This document shows, piece by piece, positions 7,233-16,366 of a stretch of DNA of 32,000 nt; position 1 is the stretch's first letter; the number at the start of each line of letters is the position of its first letter. Source of the stretch: Methylorubrum extorquens (lineage in GTDB: Bacteria; Pseudomonadota; Alphaproteobacteria; Rhizobiales; Beijerinckiaceae); assembly GCA_900234795.1 (NCBI GenBank), contig LT962688.1, positions 1,140,001 through 1,172,000 of the forward strand, in the 5' to 3' direction. The translations under genes and the position numbers were made by a program. The notes beneath the pieces are model-generated. The model was not told the origin of the DNA. It saw only the letters and a program-made list of their open reading frames with translations, and ran no database searches.

Positions 7233-9941
7233 TCACGCATCCGGCGCGGCCGGCCGGGGGGCGGGCGCGAAGACGAGGCGCTGGTAGACGAGACCGATGC
7301 CGATCAGGCAGCCGCCGAGCCCGAGGAAGGAGAGCGCCCGCAGCGGCCCCTCCAGGCCCGAGAGGTCGAACAGGAACACCTTGAGCGTCGCCAGCCCCAC
7401 CAGCACGGCGGAGGCCAGCCGCGCGGTCGCCGACCCGCGCAGGATGCCGTAGCCGAGGGCGACGAGGCCCAGGCCGAGCCACACCGCCGAGTAGGCGTAC
7501 CACTCCGCCTGTCCCGTCTCGCGGTCGAGCCCGAGTCGCTCGCCCTGGAAGCCGTGGCGCACGGCGAGGCACAGGGCGAGGAAGCTCAAGGCCAGCCCCA
7601 GACCGCCGGCCATGCGCACGAACCAGACGGGCCGCACGCCGCGTGCCGCCCGCGCTAAGGCGAAGGCCGCCGCCGCCGGCAGGGCGTAGGCAAGCACGGC
7701 GTCGTTCAGGATGAGCCCACCCGTGACCGGCTCGTCGGTCAGGAGCGGGTTGGCGGCGAGACCGAGGCCGAGCGCGCCCTGGAACAGGGCGAGGCAGGCG
7801 AAGGCGAGGCCAGCAAAGCGGATCACCGGCGAGGCCGAGGGACCGGAGAATCGCACCAGCACCAGGGAGAAGCCGAGGGAGGTCAGCGTCGTCAGACCCT
7901 GTTCCAGCACGCTCGTACCCGGATCGGCCAGGGTGCCGCCGTGGAGCGCGTGACGGATCTCCAGGAAGACGAACAGGCCCGAAAGCAGAAGGCTCAAGGC
8001 TTGGGCCACCTGCTCCGGGATGTCGGCCGGGCGGTCCGGGCGGCGGATCGCCCAGGCGGCGAGGCCGAAGCACAGGGCCGGCAGGCCGTAGGCGGTCACG
8101 AGCCCGTTGAGGATGAGCCGGTCCGACAGGCCGCCCCGGATCAGGGCCGGGTCCCAGGCGAGCCGCGCCGCGACGATGACGGCCAGACCGGCCACGCACC
8201 AGCGCAGGGCCGGGATGTCGAGGCGCCGGGCGATCAGGCCGGTGGCGAGCGCCGCCCCGGCCAAGGCCGGCGTCAGCGAGCCGCCCGCGAGGGCAAAGAC
8301 GAGGCCGAGGCACAGGCTCGCCACCGCCGCCGCGGCGAAGGCACCGAGCCCGAGCGTGAGGGTCGGGGAGGGGGTGGCGTCGCCCTGCCGCCGGCACAGG
8401 ACGGCAAGACCGCAGAATCCGGCGGCCAGCCCCCCTGCGGCGGCGGCGAAGTCCGGCGCCACCGCGCCGCCCGCGATTCGCAGATAGGCCAGGGCGAGTG
8501 CCGCGAGGGGCGTCACCGCCGCGCCCGCCGCGAAGGCCAGCGCGGTGGCATAGGGCAGGCGGCTGCCGCCCAGGAGCCGTAGCGTGCCGAGACCCGCGAC
8601 TGCGAGCGATCCGGCCGCCGCCAGCGCCAGCAGCAGACCGGGATGGTCCGTGCCGTACCAGAGGAAGAAGAAGGGGGCGCTCGCGGGCTCGGCCGCCTCC
8701 GGCCAGAGCACGAGGGTGCCGGCGAGCGTCAGGGCCGCGACGGCGCCACCCGCGGCGGCGGGCGCGGCGACGAAACCCGCGAGCGCGGGCAGCACGATCG
8801 CCGCCAGGGCCGCGGCCGCCCAAGCCAAGCCGCTGCCAGCATGGGCCGTCAGGCCAAGCACCGCCAGCGCCACGCCCGCCGCCGCGGCGAGGGCGAGCGC
8901 CGCGAAGCGATCAAGGCGCGCCTCCGCGTCCGGTACGCCGCGCCCCGGCAGGACGGCGAAGACGAGGATCGCCAGCGCCTGCTGCAGCACGAGATGGACC
9001 TGCACAGCGACACTCTCACCGGGCAGAAGGGTGAGGAACAGGGCCCAGGCCGCCGCGCCGAGGCCGCCCGCCACCGCGAGCGCGCGCCAGCCCTTCAGCC
9101 AGGCGAAGGCGTAGGCGCTGCCCGTGACCACCGGCAGGTAGAGAGCGAGCGGCCACAGGCTCGTCCCCCCGGCCCCGACGAGGAGCGGCGTGGCGAGGGC
9201 CCCGACGAGGCCGATGCCGGCCAAAGCCGGCCCGTGCAGCAGGGCGGCGACCATGGCGGCAAGGCCCGTTGCCGCGAGGCCGGCGAAGGCCAGACCCGGC
9301 CCGATGAAGCCGTAGAGGGCATGCGCGCCGTAGACCGCGCCGAACAGGCCGACCGTGCCTGCCGCGGTGACCATGGCCGGCACGTCGGGCCAGATCCGAG
9401 GCACGAGCTCCGACCCGCGCAGGCGCCGCCGCAGGAACTCTCCGAGCCCGACGAGACTGAGCGCGAGGGCAAGAGCGCCCGCGATGCGCACGCCCGGCCC
9501 GAACAGGCCGCGCTCGGCCGAGTAGCGCACGAGCAGCACCGCGCCGAAGGCGAGGGCGAGGCCGCCGACCCACACACGGTCCAGCGGGTGCCGAAGCGCT
9601 CCTCGATAGACGGGGCGGGGGCCGAGATCGGCCGCTCCGGTGCCACGGCCGGAACCGCACCGCGCGGCGGCGGCGCAGGCGGAAGGGCAGGGGAGGGAAC
9701 GGGTGGCACCGCCGCAGGCGCCGGTTCCGGACGAGCCGGCGTCTGCGCAGGAATCGGGGTCGTCATCGGAGCCGTGATCGGCCCGGAGCCGGCGACCGGA
9801 CGCGCCTCCACCAGAGCGAGGCGCCGCTCGAGCACCCGGATATGGTGCCGCTGCCGCAGCGCCAGCAGCAGGCCCGCCGGACCGGACAGCGCAAGCGCCA
9901 GCACGATCAGTGCCGCGCTCAGGAAAAAAACTATCGTCCAT
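7233..9941 (-). pseudogene. DUF2339-type large polytopic membrane protein (~900 aa); two frame disruptions near the 5' end as read
   Basis: From about 9570 downstream the 902-aa ORF gives VWVGGLALAFGAVLLVRYSAERGLFGPGVRI... and more than 20 hydrophobic helices. Between about 9920 and 9575 the native-looking N-terminus lies in the other frame (ORF 9095..9904). That N-terminus is a TM helix LSAALIVLALALSGPAGLLLAL, then RQRHHIRVLERRLALVE, a Pro/Ala linker, then SIEERFGTRW. The switch points are the A7 run at 9924-9930 and cacacac at 9571-9577. Confidence 0.8.
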
Positions 9942-10129
9942 AGGCCGAGCGTCCGCTTCGGGAGCGGCGAAGCTAGCCTCGTGTCCGGCCCTTACGGGTG
10001 CGGGTGCTCACACGCTCGTGAAATCGTGGCGTCACGACTCCTACAGATCGCGCGGTCTTGCAAATGCTTGGCGGTTCAGGCGTTCGCAGCGGACGCCATC
10101 GCGGCGCCGCCTCAGCGGACAAAGGCGAG

Positions 10130-10306
10130 ATGAAGACGGCAACCCTCGCGTTCGACGACGGCGCAACGACAATCGATCTTCATGCAGCTGATGAACAAGC
10201 GCACAGAATCAGGCACGACGACATCTGGGCCAACTTCAACATCGACACCATCGGGTGTCTCGTCCCAAATGAGGCATCCGATATCATTGCGGATCCCCGA
10301 AGATGA
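10130..10306 (+). CDS. small acidic hypothetical protein (58 aa) in a low-GC islet; strand assignment uncertain
   Basis: MKTATLAFDDGATTIDLHAADEQAHRIRHDDIWANFNIDTIGCLVPNEASDIIADPRR, with aaagg 4-5 nt upstream. Hand counts over 58 codons: purine at codon position 1 in about 43 of 58, and GC3 > GC1 > GC2. This favours this strand over the codon-aligned antisense ORF 10112..10363. Confidence 0.3.
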   Translation: MKTATLAFDDGATTIDLHAADEQAHRIRHDDIWANFNIDTIGCLVPNEASDIIADPRR

Positions 10307-10707
10307 AATCAGTCCTACCTTGAAAGCGTCCTGCAGAAATAAGTCACGGTAACCAGCCAACATCGGTTAACTCCGCGATTGCTTCTGATGGGTGCCCAAA
10401 CTTTACGGTTAATGACCCCTAAAATCACGCGGAAAATGATTACTTGAAGTACAAAAAACTTGTTGCGCGACGGGCAAGTTCATGGAAGCCGACGAGAGAG
10501 TCCTTATTCGTTCTTCGGCTAAGTGCCTCTCTTTCAGATCTTTTGGCGCCCTGACGGCCTCGCGAAGCGCCCCCGGTGAGTCGTACTCGGGGCGTCGGGC
10601 CTGCCTCCGGCGGAACCGGTGCCGGCCGGAGGCCCGCGCCGTCCACGTCAATCGTCCGGCCGCCGCGCCCGGCGACTTGACCCGCCCCGGCAGGAGCCTC
10701 ACCATTC

Positions 10708-10725
10708 AGTCTACGCGCGTAGACT
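10708..10725. promoter_or_regulatory. perfect 18-bp palindrome, candidate operator upstream of the Crp/Fnr-family gene
   Basis: agtctacgc|gcgtagact, 14 nt upstream of the GTG at 10740. It does not match the classical FNR (TTGAT-N4-ATCAA) or CRP (TGTGA-N6-TCACA) half-sites. Confidence 0.35.
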
Positions 10726-10739
10726 AAGGTACAAGAGGC

Positions 10740-11444
10740 GTGGCGACAGCCCGGTTGGCGAGCATCCCGTTCTTCAAGGAACCGGGTGTCGATCTTTCCC
10801 CATTCGAGACGCGCTGCCATTGGCGGCGCTTCGACGAGAACGAGACGCTCGTCGATTACGACGACATCTCCACCGACGTGTACTTCCTCGCCATGGGGGA
10901 AGTGCGGATCCTCAACCGGTCGCAATCCGGCAAGGAGGTCATCCTCGGCGAGATGCGCGTGGGTGCCTTCTTCGGCGAGCTGGCGGCACTGGACGGCATC
11001 GGCCGCTCGGCCAACGTCACGGCGCTGACCCGGGGTGAGGTCTGTGTCGTACCCGCCCCCGTCTTCCGCCAGATCGTGTTCGCTTCCGAGGTCATCGCCG
11101 ACCGGCTGTTCCGCCTGCTCGCCAAGCGCGTGCGCGAGCTGAACACGCGGCTGATGGAGCACGCGCTGCTCGACCTGCGCCACCGTCTCTACGCCGAATT
11201 GCTGCGCCTCTCCGTGCCGCGGGCCGGGCAGGGGAGCGATTCCGTGGGCGAGCGGGTGGTGACGCCGCCGCCCTACCACCACGTGCTGGCCGCCCGCATC
11301 GGCTGCCGCCGCGAGCAGGTGACCCGCGAGTTCACGGTGATGGCGGGCGAAGGCCTGATCGACCGCACCCGCGGCGCCCTCGTCATCCGCCGTCCCGACC
11401 TGTTGGAGGCTCGGGTGCAAGAAGCGCTGCGGGAAGACGCCTAG
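10740..11444 (+). CDS. Crp/Fnr-family transcriptional regulator (cNMP-binding domain + C-terminal HTH)
   Basis: IPFFKEPG...VYFLAMGEVRILN...GEMRVGAFFGELAALDG..RSANVTAL is a cNMP-binding fold. HHVLAARIGCRREQVTREFTVMAGEGLI is the Crp-type HTH. The GTG start sits very close to aagagg; TTG at 10755 is an alternative. Confidence 0.85.
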   Translation: MATARLASIPFFKEPGVDLSPFETRCHWRRFDENETLVDYDDISTDVYFLAMGEVRILNRSQSGKEVILGEMRVGAFFGELAALDGIGRSANVTALTRGEVCVVPAPVFRQIVFASEVIADRLFRLLAKRVRELNTRLMEHALLDLRHRLYAELLRLSVPRAGQGSDSVGERVVTPPPYHHVLAARIGCRREQVTREFTVMAGEGLIDRTRGALVIRRPDLLEARVQEALREDA

Positions 11445-11532
11445 AAAACGCTCCCGATGCGGGCGCTTCTCACGGCAGATTTCCCACGCTACGTCGCCAA
11501 GATCCGTCGCGGCACTGGTCCGAAGATCCATC

Positions 11533-12618
11533 TTGCACGCCAGCACTCCCCTTCCGGACCAGAGGCTCCGCCTGGAGCGGGTCACCAAGCGCTTTTCCGC
11601 GCATACGGCCGTCGATGCGGTCTCCCTCGACCTCGCGGAAGCTGAGTTCTTCTGCCTGCTCGGCCCGTCCGGCTGCGGCAAGAGCACCCTGCTGCGGATG
11701 GTGGCGGGGTTCGAGACGCCGGATTCCGGCACGATCCGTCTCGGCGAGACCGACCTGACGGCGCTGCCGCCGCACCGGCGGCCGGTCAACATGATGTTCC
11801 AGTCCTACGCGCTGTTCCCGCATATGAGCGTGGCGGCCAACCTCGCCTACGGCCTCAAAGGTCTGGGCCTGAGCCGGGCGCAGATCGCCGGGCGGGTGAA
11901 GGACCTGCTCCGGCTCGTGCGGCTCGAAGGCTTCGAGGCGCGCCGCCCCGACAAGCTCTCGGGCGGCCAGCGCCAGCGCGTGGCCCTGGCGCGCGCTTTG
12001 GCCCGCGAACCGCGCCTCCTTCTCCTCGATGAGCCGCTCGGTGCGCTCGACCGCGCCCTGCGCGAGGAAACGCAAGGGGAGTTGCGGGCGATCCAGCGGC
12101 GGCTCGGCACGAGCTTTATCGTCGTCACCCACGATGCCGAGGAAGCGATGGCGCTCGCCGACCGGATCGGGGTGATGGAAAGCGGGCGCCTCGTGCAGGT
12201 GGGGCCGGCGCGCGCGCTCTATGAGCGGCCGGCGAGCCGCTACGTCGCGGGCCTGCTCGGCGACGTGAACCTGATCGATGGCCGCCTCGGGCGGGCGGAG
12301 CCGGGTGGCATCCGCAGCGTCGAGACGGCTTTCGGCCTCCTGCGCGCGAGCGGCGAGGGCGAGGCGGGCAACGCGGTCGTGATCGCGGTTCGCCCCGAGC
12401 GTCTGATCGTGAGCGGGGAGGCGGGGACCCCTGGGCTGTCCGGCCGTCTGACCGAGGCGACCTTCCTCGGCGACCGCATCCGCTACCGGGTCGAGATGGC
12501 AAACGGCACGACCTTACGCGCCTCCGCTGCCCTGCCGGCGCCCGGCCCGATCCCGGCCGTCGGCGAGACCGTCACCCTCGGGGTGCCCGCGGAATCCGCC
12601 TGGATTCTGCCGGCATGA
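11533..12618 (+). CDS. ABC transporter ATP-binding protein, PotA/PotG-like (polyamine-type importer)
   Basis: Walker A GPSGCGKST, MMFQSYALFPHMSV, signature LSGGQRQRVALARAL, Walker B LLLLDEP, H-loop VTHD, and a C-terminal TOBE-like tail. TTG start. The stop overlaps the next start (ATGA 12615-12618). Confidence 0.9.
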   Translation: MHASTPLPDQRLRLERVTKRFSAHTAVDAVSLDLAEAEFFCLLGPSGCGKSTLLRMVAGFETPDSGTIRLGETDLTALPPHRRPVNMMFQSYALFPHMSVAANLAYGLKGLGLSRAQIAGRVKDLLRLVRLEGFEARRPDKLSGGQRQRVALARALAREPRLLLLDEPLGALDRALREETQGELRAIQRRLGTSFIVVTHDAEEAMALADRIGVMESGRLVQVGPARALYERPASRYVAGLLGDVNLIDGRLGRAEPGGIRSVETAFGLLRASGEGEAGNAVVIAVRPERLIVSGEAGTPGLSGRLTEATFLGDRIRYRVEMANGTTLRASAALPAPGPIPAVGETVTLGVPAESAWILPA

Positions 12619-13610
12619 GCGGGCTGTCGCGACCGACCGGCGATGACGGCTCATCGCCGGTTGCCCCCGCACCTGTGGGGCGGCTGTCTCAGCGCCTGGG
12701 GCGCGGTCTCGTCCGGGGCCTGCCGCTGCTGTGGCTGGCGCTGTTCTTCCTCGTGCCCTTCGCGGTGACGCTGAAGATCAGCTTCTCCTCGCCGGCCACC
12801 GCGCAGCCGCCCTACCTGCCCTTGCTCGAATGGGATGGCGGCCTGGAGGGATGGCGCGAGTTCTTCGAGGCACTCGACTTCCAGAACTACCAGATGATCG
12901 CGGCCGACGCGCTCTACCGCGACGCCGCCCTCTCCTCGCTGGGCTATGCCGCGCTCGCCACCGCGATCCTCGTCGGGATCGGAACGCCGACGGCCTACGC
13001 CATGGCCCGCGCCTCGGCGCGCTGGCAGCCGATCCTCGTGGCGCTCGTCATCGTGCCGTTCTGGACGAGTTTTTTGATCCGGGTCTATGCCTGGATCGCG
13101 ATCCTCAAGCCCGAGGGGCTGCTCAACGCGGCCCTGCTGAAACTCGGCCTGATCGCCGCGCCGCTGCCGATCCTCGATAGCCCCTATGGCGAGCTGATCG
13201 GGCTCACCTACGCCTACCTGCCCTTCATGGTGCTGCCGCTCTACGCGGTGATGAGCCGGCTCGATCCGGCGCTCACCGAGGCCGCCGCCGATCTCGGCGC
13301 CTCGCGGGCCCGGGCCTTCTTCACCGTCACCCTGCCGCTCAGCCTGCCCGGCCTCGCCGCCGGGGCGCTGCTCTGCTTCATCCCGATGGTCGGCGAGTTC
13401 ATCATCCCCGATCTGCTCGGCGGCTCCGACACGCTGATGCTCGGGCGCGTGCTGTGGAGCGAGTTCTTCTCCAACCGCGACTGGCCGCTGGCCTCGGCAG
13501 TAGCGGTGCTGCTGCTGATCCTCGTGGTCGGGCCCGTGGTGCTGTTCCGCGAGGCCGAGCTGCGCCGCGAGGAAGCGGTGGAAGGGGCTCAGGAAGGGCC
13601 TCAGCGATGA
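12615..13610 (+). CDS. ABC transporter permease, PotB/PotH-like
   Basis: Six or more hydrophobic segments and the EAA loop LTEAAADLGASRARAFFTVTLPLSLPG. ATGA overlaps at both ends. Confidence 0.85.
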   Translation: MSGLSRPTGDDGSSPVAPAPVGRLSQRLGRGLVRGLPLLWLALFFLVPFAVTLKISFSSPATAQPPYLPLLEWDGGLEGWREFFEALDFQNYQMIAADALYRDAALSSLGYAALATAILVGIGTPTAYAMARASARWQPILVALVIVPFWTSFLIRVYAWIAILKPEGLLNAALLKLGLIAAPLPILDSPYGELIGLTYAYLPFMVLPLYAVMSRLDPALTEAAADLGASRARAFFTVTLPLSLPGLAAGALLCFIPMVGEFIIPDLLGGSDTLMLGRVLWSEFFSNRDWPLASAVAVLLLILVVGPVVLFREAELRREEAVEGAQEGPQR

Positions 13611-14386
13611 GCCTCTTCGCCCGCACGGCGCTGGCTCTCGCGCTGGCCTTCCTTTACGCGCCGATCCTCGTGTTGGTCGCCTATTCCTTCAACGATTCGA
13701 AGCTCGTGACCGTCTGGGGCGGGTTCTCGACACGTTGGTACGGGCTGCTGTTCCGGGACGGGCCGCTGATCGCCTCGGCCCTCGTCTCGCTGAAGGTCGC
13801 CGTCCTGTCGGCGGCGATCGCCGGGGTGCTCGGCACATGCGCCGCGCTGGCGCTCGACCGGCACGGGCGTTTTTGGGGGCGCGGCGCCTATACCGGGCTG
13901 CTCTACGCGCCGATGGTGATGCCGGAAGTCATCACCGGCCTGTCGCTGCTGCTGCTCTTCGTCGGCATCGGCCTCGACCGGGGCATCGCGACCCTCGTCA
14001 TCGCACACGCGACCTTCGCCACCGGCTTCGTCGCGGTCGTGGTGGGTGCGCGCCTGAAAGGCCTCGACCGCTCGCTCGAGGAGGCCGCCGCCGATCTCGG
14101 CGCGGGGCCGGCCCGCGTCTTCTTCGGCATCACCCTGCCGCTGATCGCGCCTTCGATCGCAGCCGGGTTCCTGCTCGCCTTCACCCTGTCGCTGGACGAT
14201 CTCGTGCTCGCGAGCTTCGTCTCGGGGCCCGGCGCCACCACCCTGCCGATGCGGATCTACAGCCAGGTCCGCCTCGGGGTGAACCCGGAGATCAACGCCG
14301 CCTCGACCCTGCTGATCGCCGCCGTCGGTCTCGTGGTGCTGGGCGCCTCTTGGCTCACGGGGCGCAAGGGCGCCATGGCCGACTAG
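13607..14386 (+). CDS. ABC transporter permease, PotC/PotI-like
   Basis: ATG 13607 (ATGA overlap). N-terminus MSLFARTALALALAFLYAPILVLVAYSFN. EAA loop LEEAAADLGAGPARVFFGITLPLIAPS. The tracked 13454 start is an overlap artefact. Confidence 0.85.
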   Translation: MSLFARTALALALAFLYAPILVLVAYSFNDSKLVTVWGGFSTRWYGLLFRDGPLIASALVSLKVAVLSAAIAGVLGTCAALALDRHGRFWGRGAYTGLLYAPMVMPEVITGLSLLLLFVGIGLDRGIATLVIAHATFATGFVAVVVGARLKGLDRSLEEAAADLGAGPARVFFGITLPLIAPSIAAGFLLAFTLSLDDLVLASFVSGPGATTLPMRIYSQVRLGVNPEINAASTLLIAAVGLVVLGASWLTGRKGAMAD

Positions 14387-14440
14387 GGCGCGCGGCTGAT
14401 TAGGTCGCGCCCCGTCGCCTACTGTGCTAGCCCGCAATCC

Positions 14441-15175
14441 ATGTCGAGCGATGCGCCACGGGGCGTCTTTATCACCTTCGAGGGCGGGGAAGGGGCGGGC
14501 AAGTCCACCCAGATCGCGCGCCTTGCCGAGACCTTGCGCAGGGTGAGCGGGCGCGAGGTCGTGACCACCCGCGAGCCCGGCGGGACGGAACGAGCGGAAG
14601 CCCTGCGTGCGGCTTTGCTGCGGGGCGTGGCCAAGCCCTACGGGCCCTTCGCCGAGGCGCTGATGTTCGCCGCCGCCCGCATCGACCACATCGAGAACTT
14701 GATCCGCCCGGCCCTGGACCGCGGCGCGATCGTGCTGTGCGACCGCTTCTCCGACTCGACCCGCGCCTATCAGGGCGCGGCGGGCGGCCTGGATCCGGCG
14801 CTGATCGAGAGCCTGGAGCGGGTGACGCTCGAGGATCTGCGCCCCGACCTCACCCTGATCCTCGATCTGCCGCCCGAGGCCGGCCTCGCCCGGGCGCGGC
14901 GGCGCGGGGCGGGCGAACCCGCCGACCGCTTCGAGGCCGAGGGCATGCGTTTCCACGAGCGCCTACGGACGGCCTTCCGCAGCATCGCCGAGGCCGAGCC
15001 GGAGCGCTGCCGCGTCATCGACGCGGATCTCGGCCCCGATGCGGTCGAGACCATTATCGCCAACGCCATCGCCGCCCGGTGGCCGGATCTGCTGCCAGCC
15101 CTGGGAGAAGGGCAGGGGCAAGAGGGTAAGAACCGGGAGGGCAAGGACCGGGAAGGACAAGGTCATGCGGCCTGA
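14441..15175 (+). CDS. tmk: dTMP (thymidylate) kinase
   Basis: GVFITFEGGEGAGKSTQ P-loop, TREPGGT, DRFSDSTRAYQG. It has a Gly/Glu/Lys/Arg-rich C-terminal tail and overlaps the holB start by 11 nt. Confidence 0.92.
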   Translation: MSSDAPRGVFITFEGGEGAGKSTQIARLAETLRRVSGREVVTTREPGGTERAEALRAALLRGVAKPYGPFAEALMFAAARIDHIENLIRPALDRGAIVLCDRFSDSTRAYQGAAGGLDPALIESLERVTLEDLRPDLTLILDLPPEAGLARARRRGAGEPADRFEAEGMRFHERLRTAFRSIAEAEPERCRVIDADLGPDAVETIIANAIAARWPDLLPALGEGQGQEGKNREGKDREGQGHAA

Positions 15176-16249
15176 TTCCGCCCGGACCGCCCGCGATGCC
15201 CGCACCGAGGCCGAGGCGGGCGACCTCGCCCACGTCCCGCGCCCGCGCGAACAGACCCGCCTTTTCGGGCATGGTCACGCGGAAGCGGCCTTCGCGGGGG
15301 GCGCTGGCCGTGGGCCGGCTCCATCATGCGTGGCTGATCGGCGGTCCTGCCGGCATCGGCAAGGCGACGCTGGCCTACCGGGTCGCGCGCCGGCTCGTGG
15401 CCGACCCGCGCACGCTCCCCTCCCCCGATTCCCTCGACGTACCGGAGGATCACCCGGCCGCACGGCAGGTGACGGCTCTGTCGCACCCGAATCTGGTCGC
15501 GCTGCGCCGGGTTCAGGCGCCGGGTGCCAAAACGCTGCCGACCCGCATCTCGGTCGATGCCGCCCGCGAGGCGCTTGCGCTGTTCGGGGCCACCGCGGGC
15601 GGGGGAGGGCGGCTGGCGGGTCTGCATCGTCGACAGCGCCGAGGATCTGAACGCCAACAGCGCCAACGCGCTCCTGAAGATGATCGAGGAGCCGCCGCCC
15701 CGCGCCATCTTCCTCATCGTCTCCCACGCGCCGGGCCGCCTGCTGCCGACGATTCGCTCGCGCTGCCGGGCCCTGACGCTGCGTGCGCTGCCGGAGGCGG
15801 ACGTGCGCGCGATCATCGAAGAATTTCCGGCGCCCTTCGCCCGGCCCGACGCGGCGGCTCTGGCGCGGGCCGTATCGCTCTGCGAGGGCTCGGTCGCCCG
15901 CGCGGTGGCGCTTCTCGACCCCGCCACCGCCGCGGTCGAGGCGGAAGTCTCGGCCCTTCTCGCCGGCCTGCCCGAGCCGGACGGGCGGCGCGTGCTCAAG
16001 CTGGCCGAAACCCTTGCCGGCCGCGACGCCGAACCTCTGCTTGCCACCGTTCTCGACGCGATCCAGCGCCACGTCGCCACCGAGATCGATCGGCGGCAAG
16101 GGGAAGGGCCGGCCCGGCTGCTGGCGCTGGTGGAGGCCGCCGAGCGCATCGCGTCCTCGGCCCGCGAGGCCGCGATCTACAATCTCGACCGCCGGCCGCT
16201 GGTGCTCGCGGCCTTTCGTGAATTGGCGGGGGCGACGCGGATTCCGTAG
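15165..16249 (+). pseudogene. holB: DNA polymerase III delta-prime subunit, two +1 frameshifts as read (essential gene, so probably sequence error)
   Basis: Three consecutive frames carry the protein. (1) From 15165: MRPDSAR...LFGHGHAEAAFAG. (2) ALAVGRLHHAWLIGGPAGIGKATLAYRVAR...LFGATAG. (3) EGGWRVCIVDSAEDLNANSANALLKMIEEPPP...LLPTIRSRC... to the stop at 16249. The junctions are the G6 run at 15296-15301 and the G5 run at 15601-15605. Removing one G at each gives a continuous protein of about 360 aa. Confidence 0.85.
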
Positions 16250-16366
16250 CCGTCTTGATAGGCTGAGAACAAACAGCTCCGGACGGATCGAGCGCGAGCC
16301 GTCAGCGGGCAAGGCCGGACTTTTTCCCGGCTCGCGCCCGCAAGCCGTGCGACCGCACGGCGCCTG

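Noticed and set aside
6907-8823. 638-aa ORF on the - strand (and the + strand ORFs 8498..9034, 8584..9114, 8643..10133) overlapping the DUF2339 gene
   Set aside because: These are Arg/Gly/Pro/Ala-dominated low-complexity translations in alternative frames of a recognisable membrane-protein gene. They are typical shadow ORFs of very GC-rich DNA and contain no recognisable motif.
10112-10363. 83-aa Cys-containing ORF on the - strand with a good SD
   Set aside because: Not fully rejected. It is exactly antisense, in the same codon register, to the + ORF 10130..10306, and only one of the two can be favoured. Codon-position composition slightly favours the + strand, so I listed that one at low confidence and flagged the ambiguity as a finding.
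15296-15605. Programmed ribosomal frameshifting or transcriptional slippage as the explanation for the homopolymer frame changes
   Set aside because: The sites are short G/C runs of 4-6 with no slippery heptamer or downstream pseudoknot that I can see. They occur in unrelated genes on both strands. Two successive +1 events in holB have no precedent that I know of. Sequence error explains them all at once.
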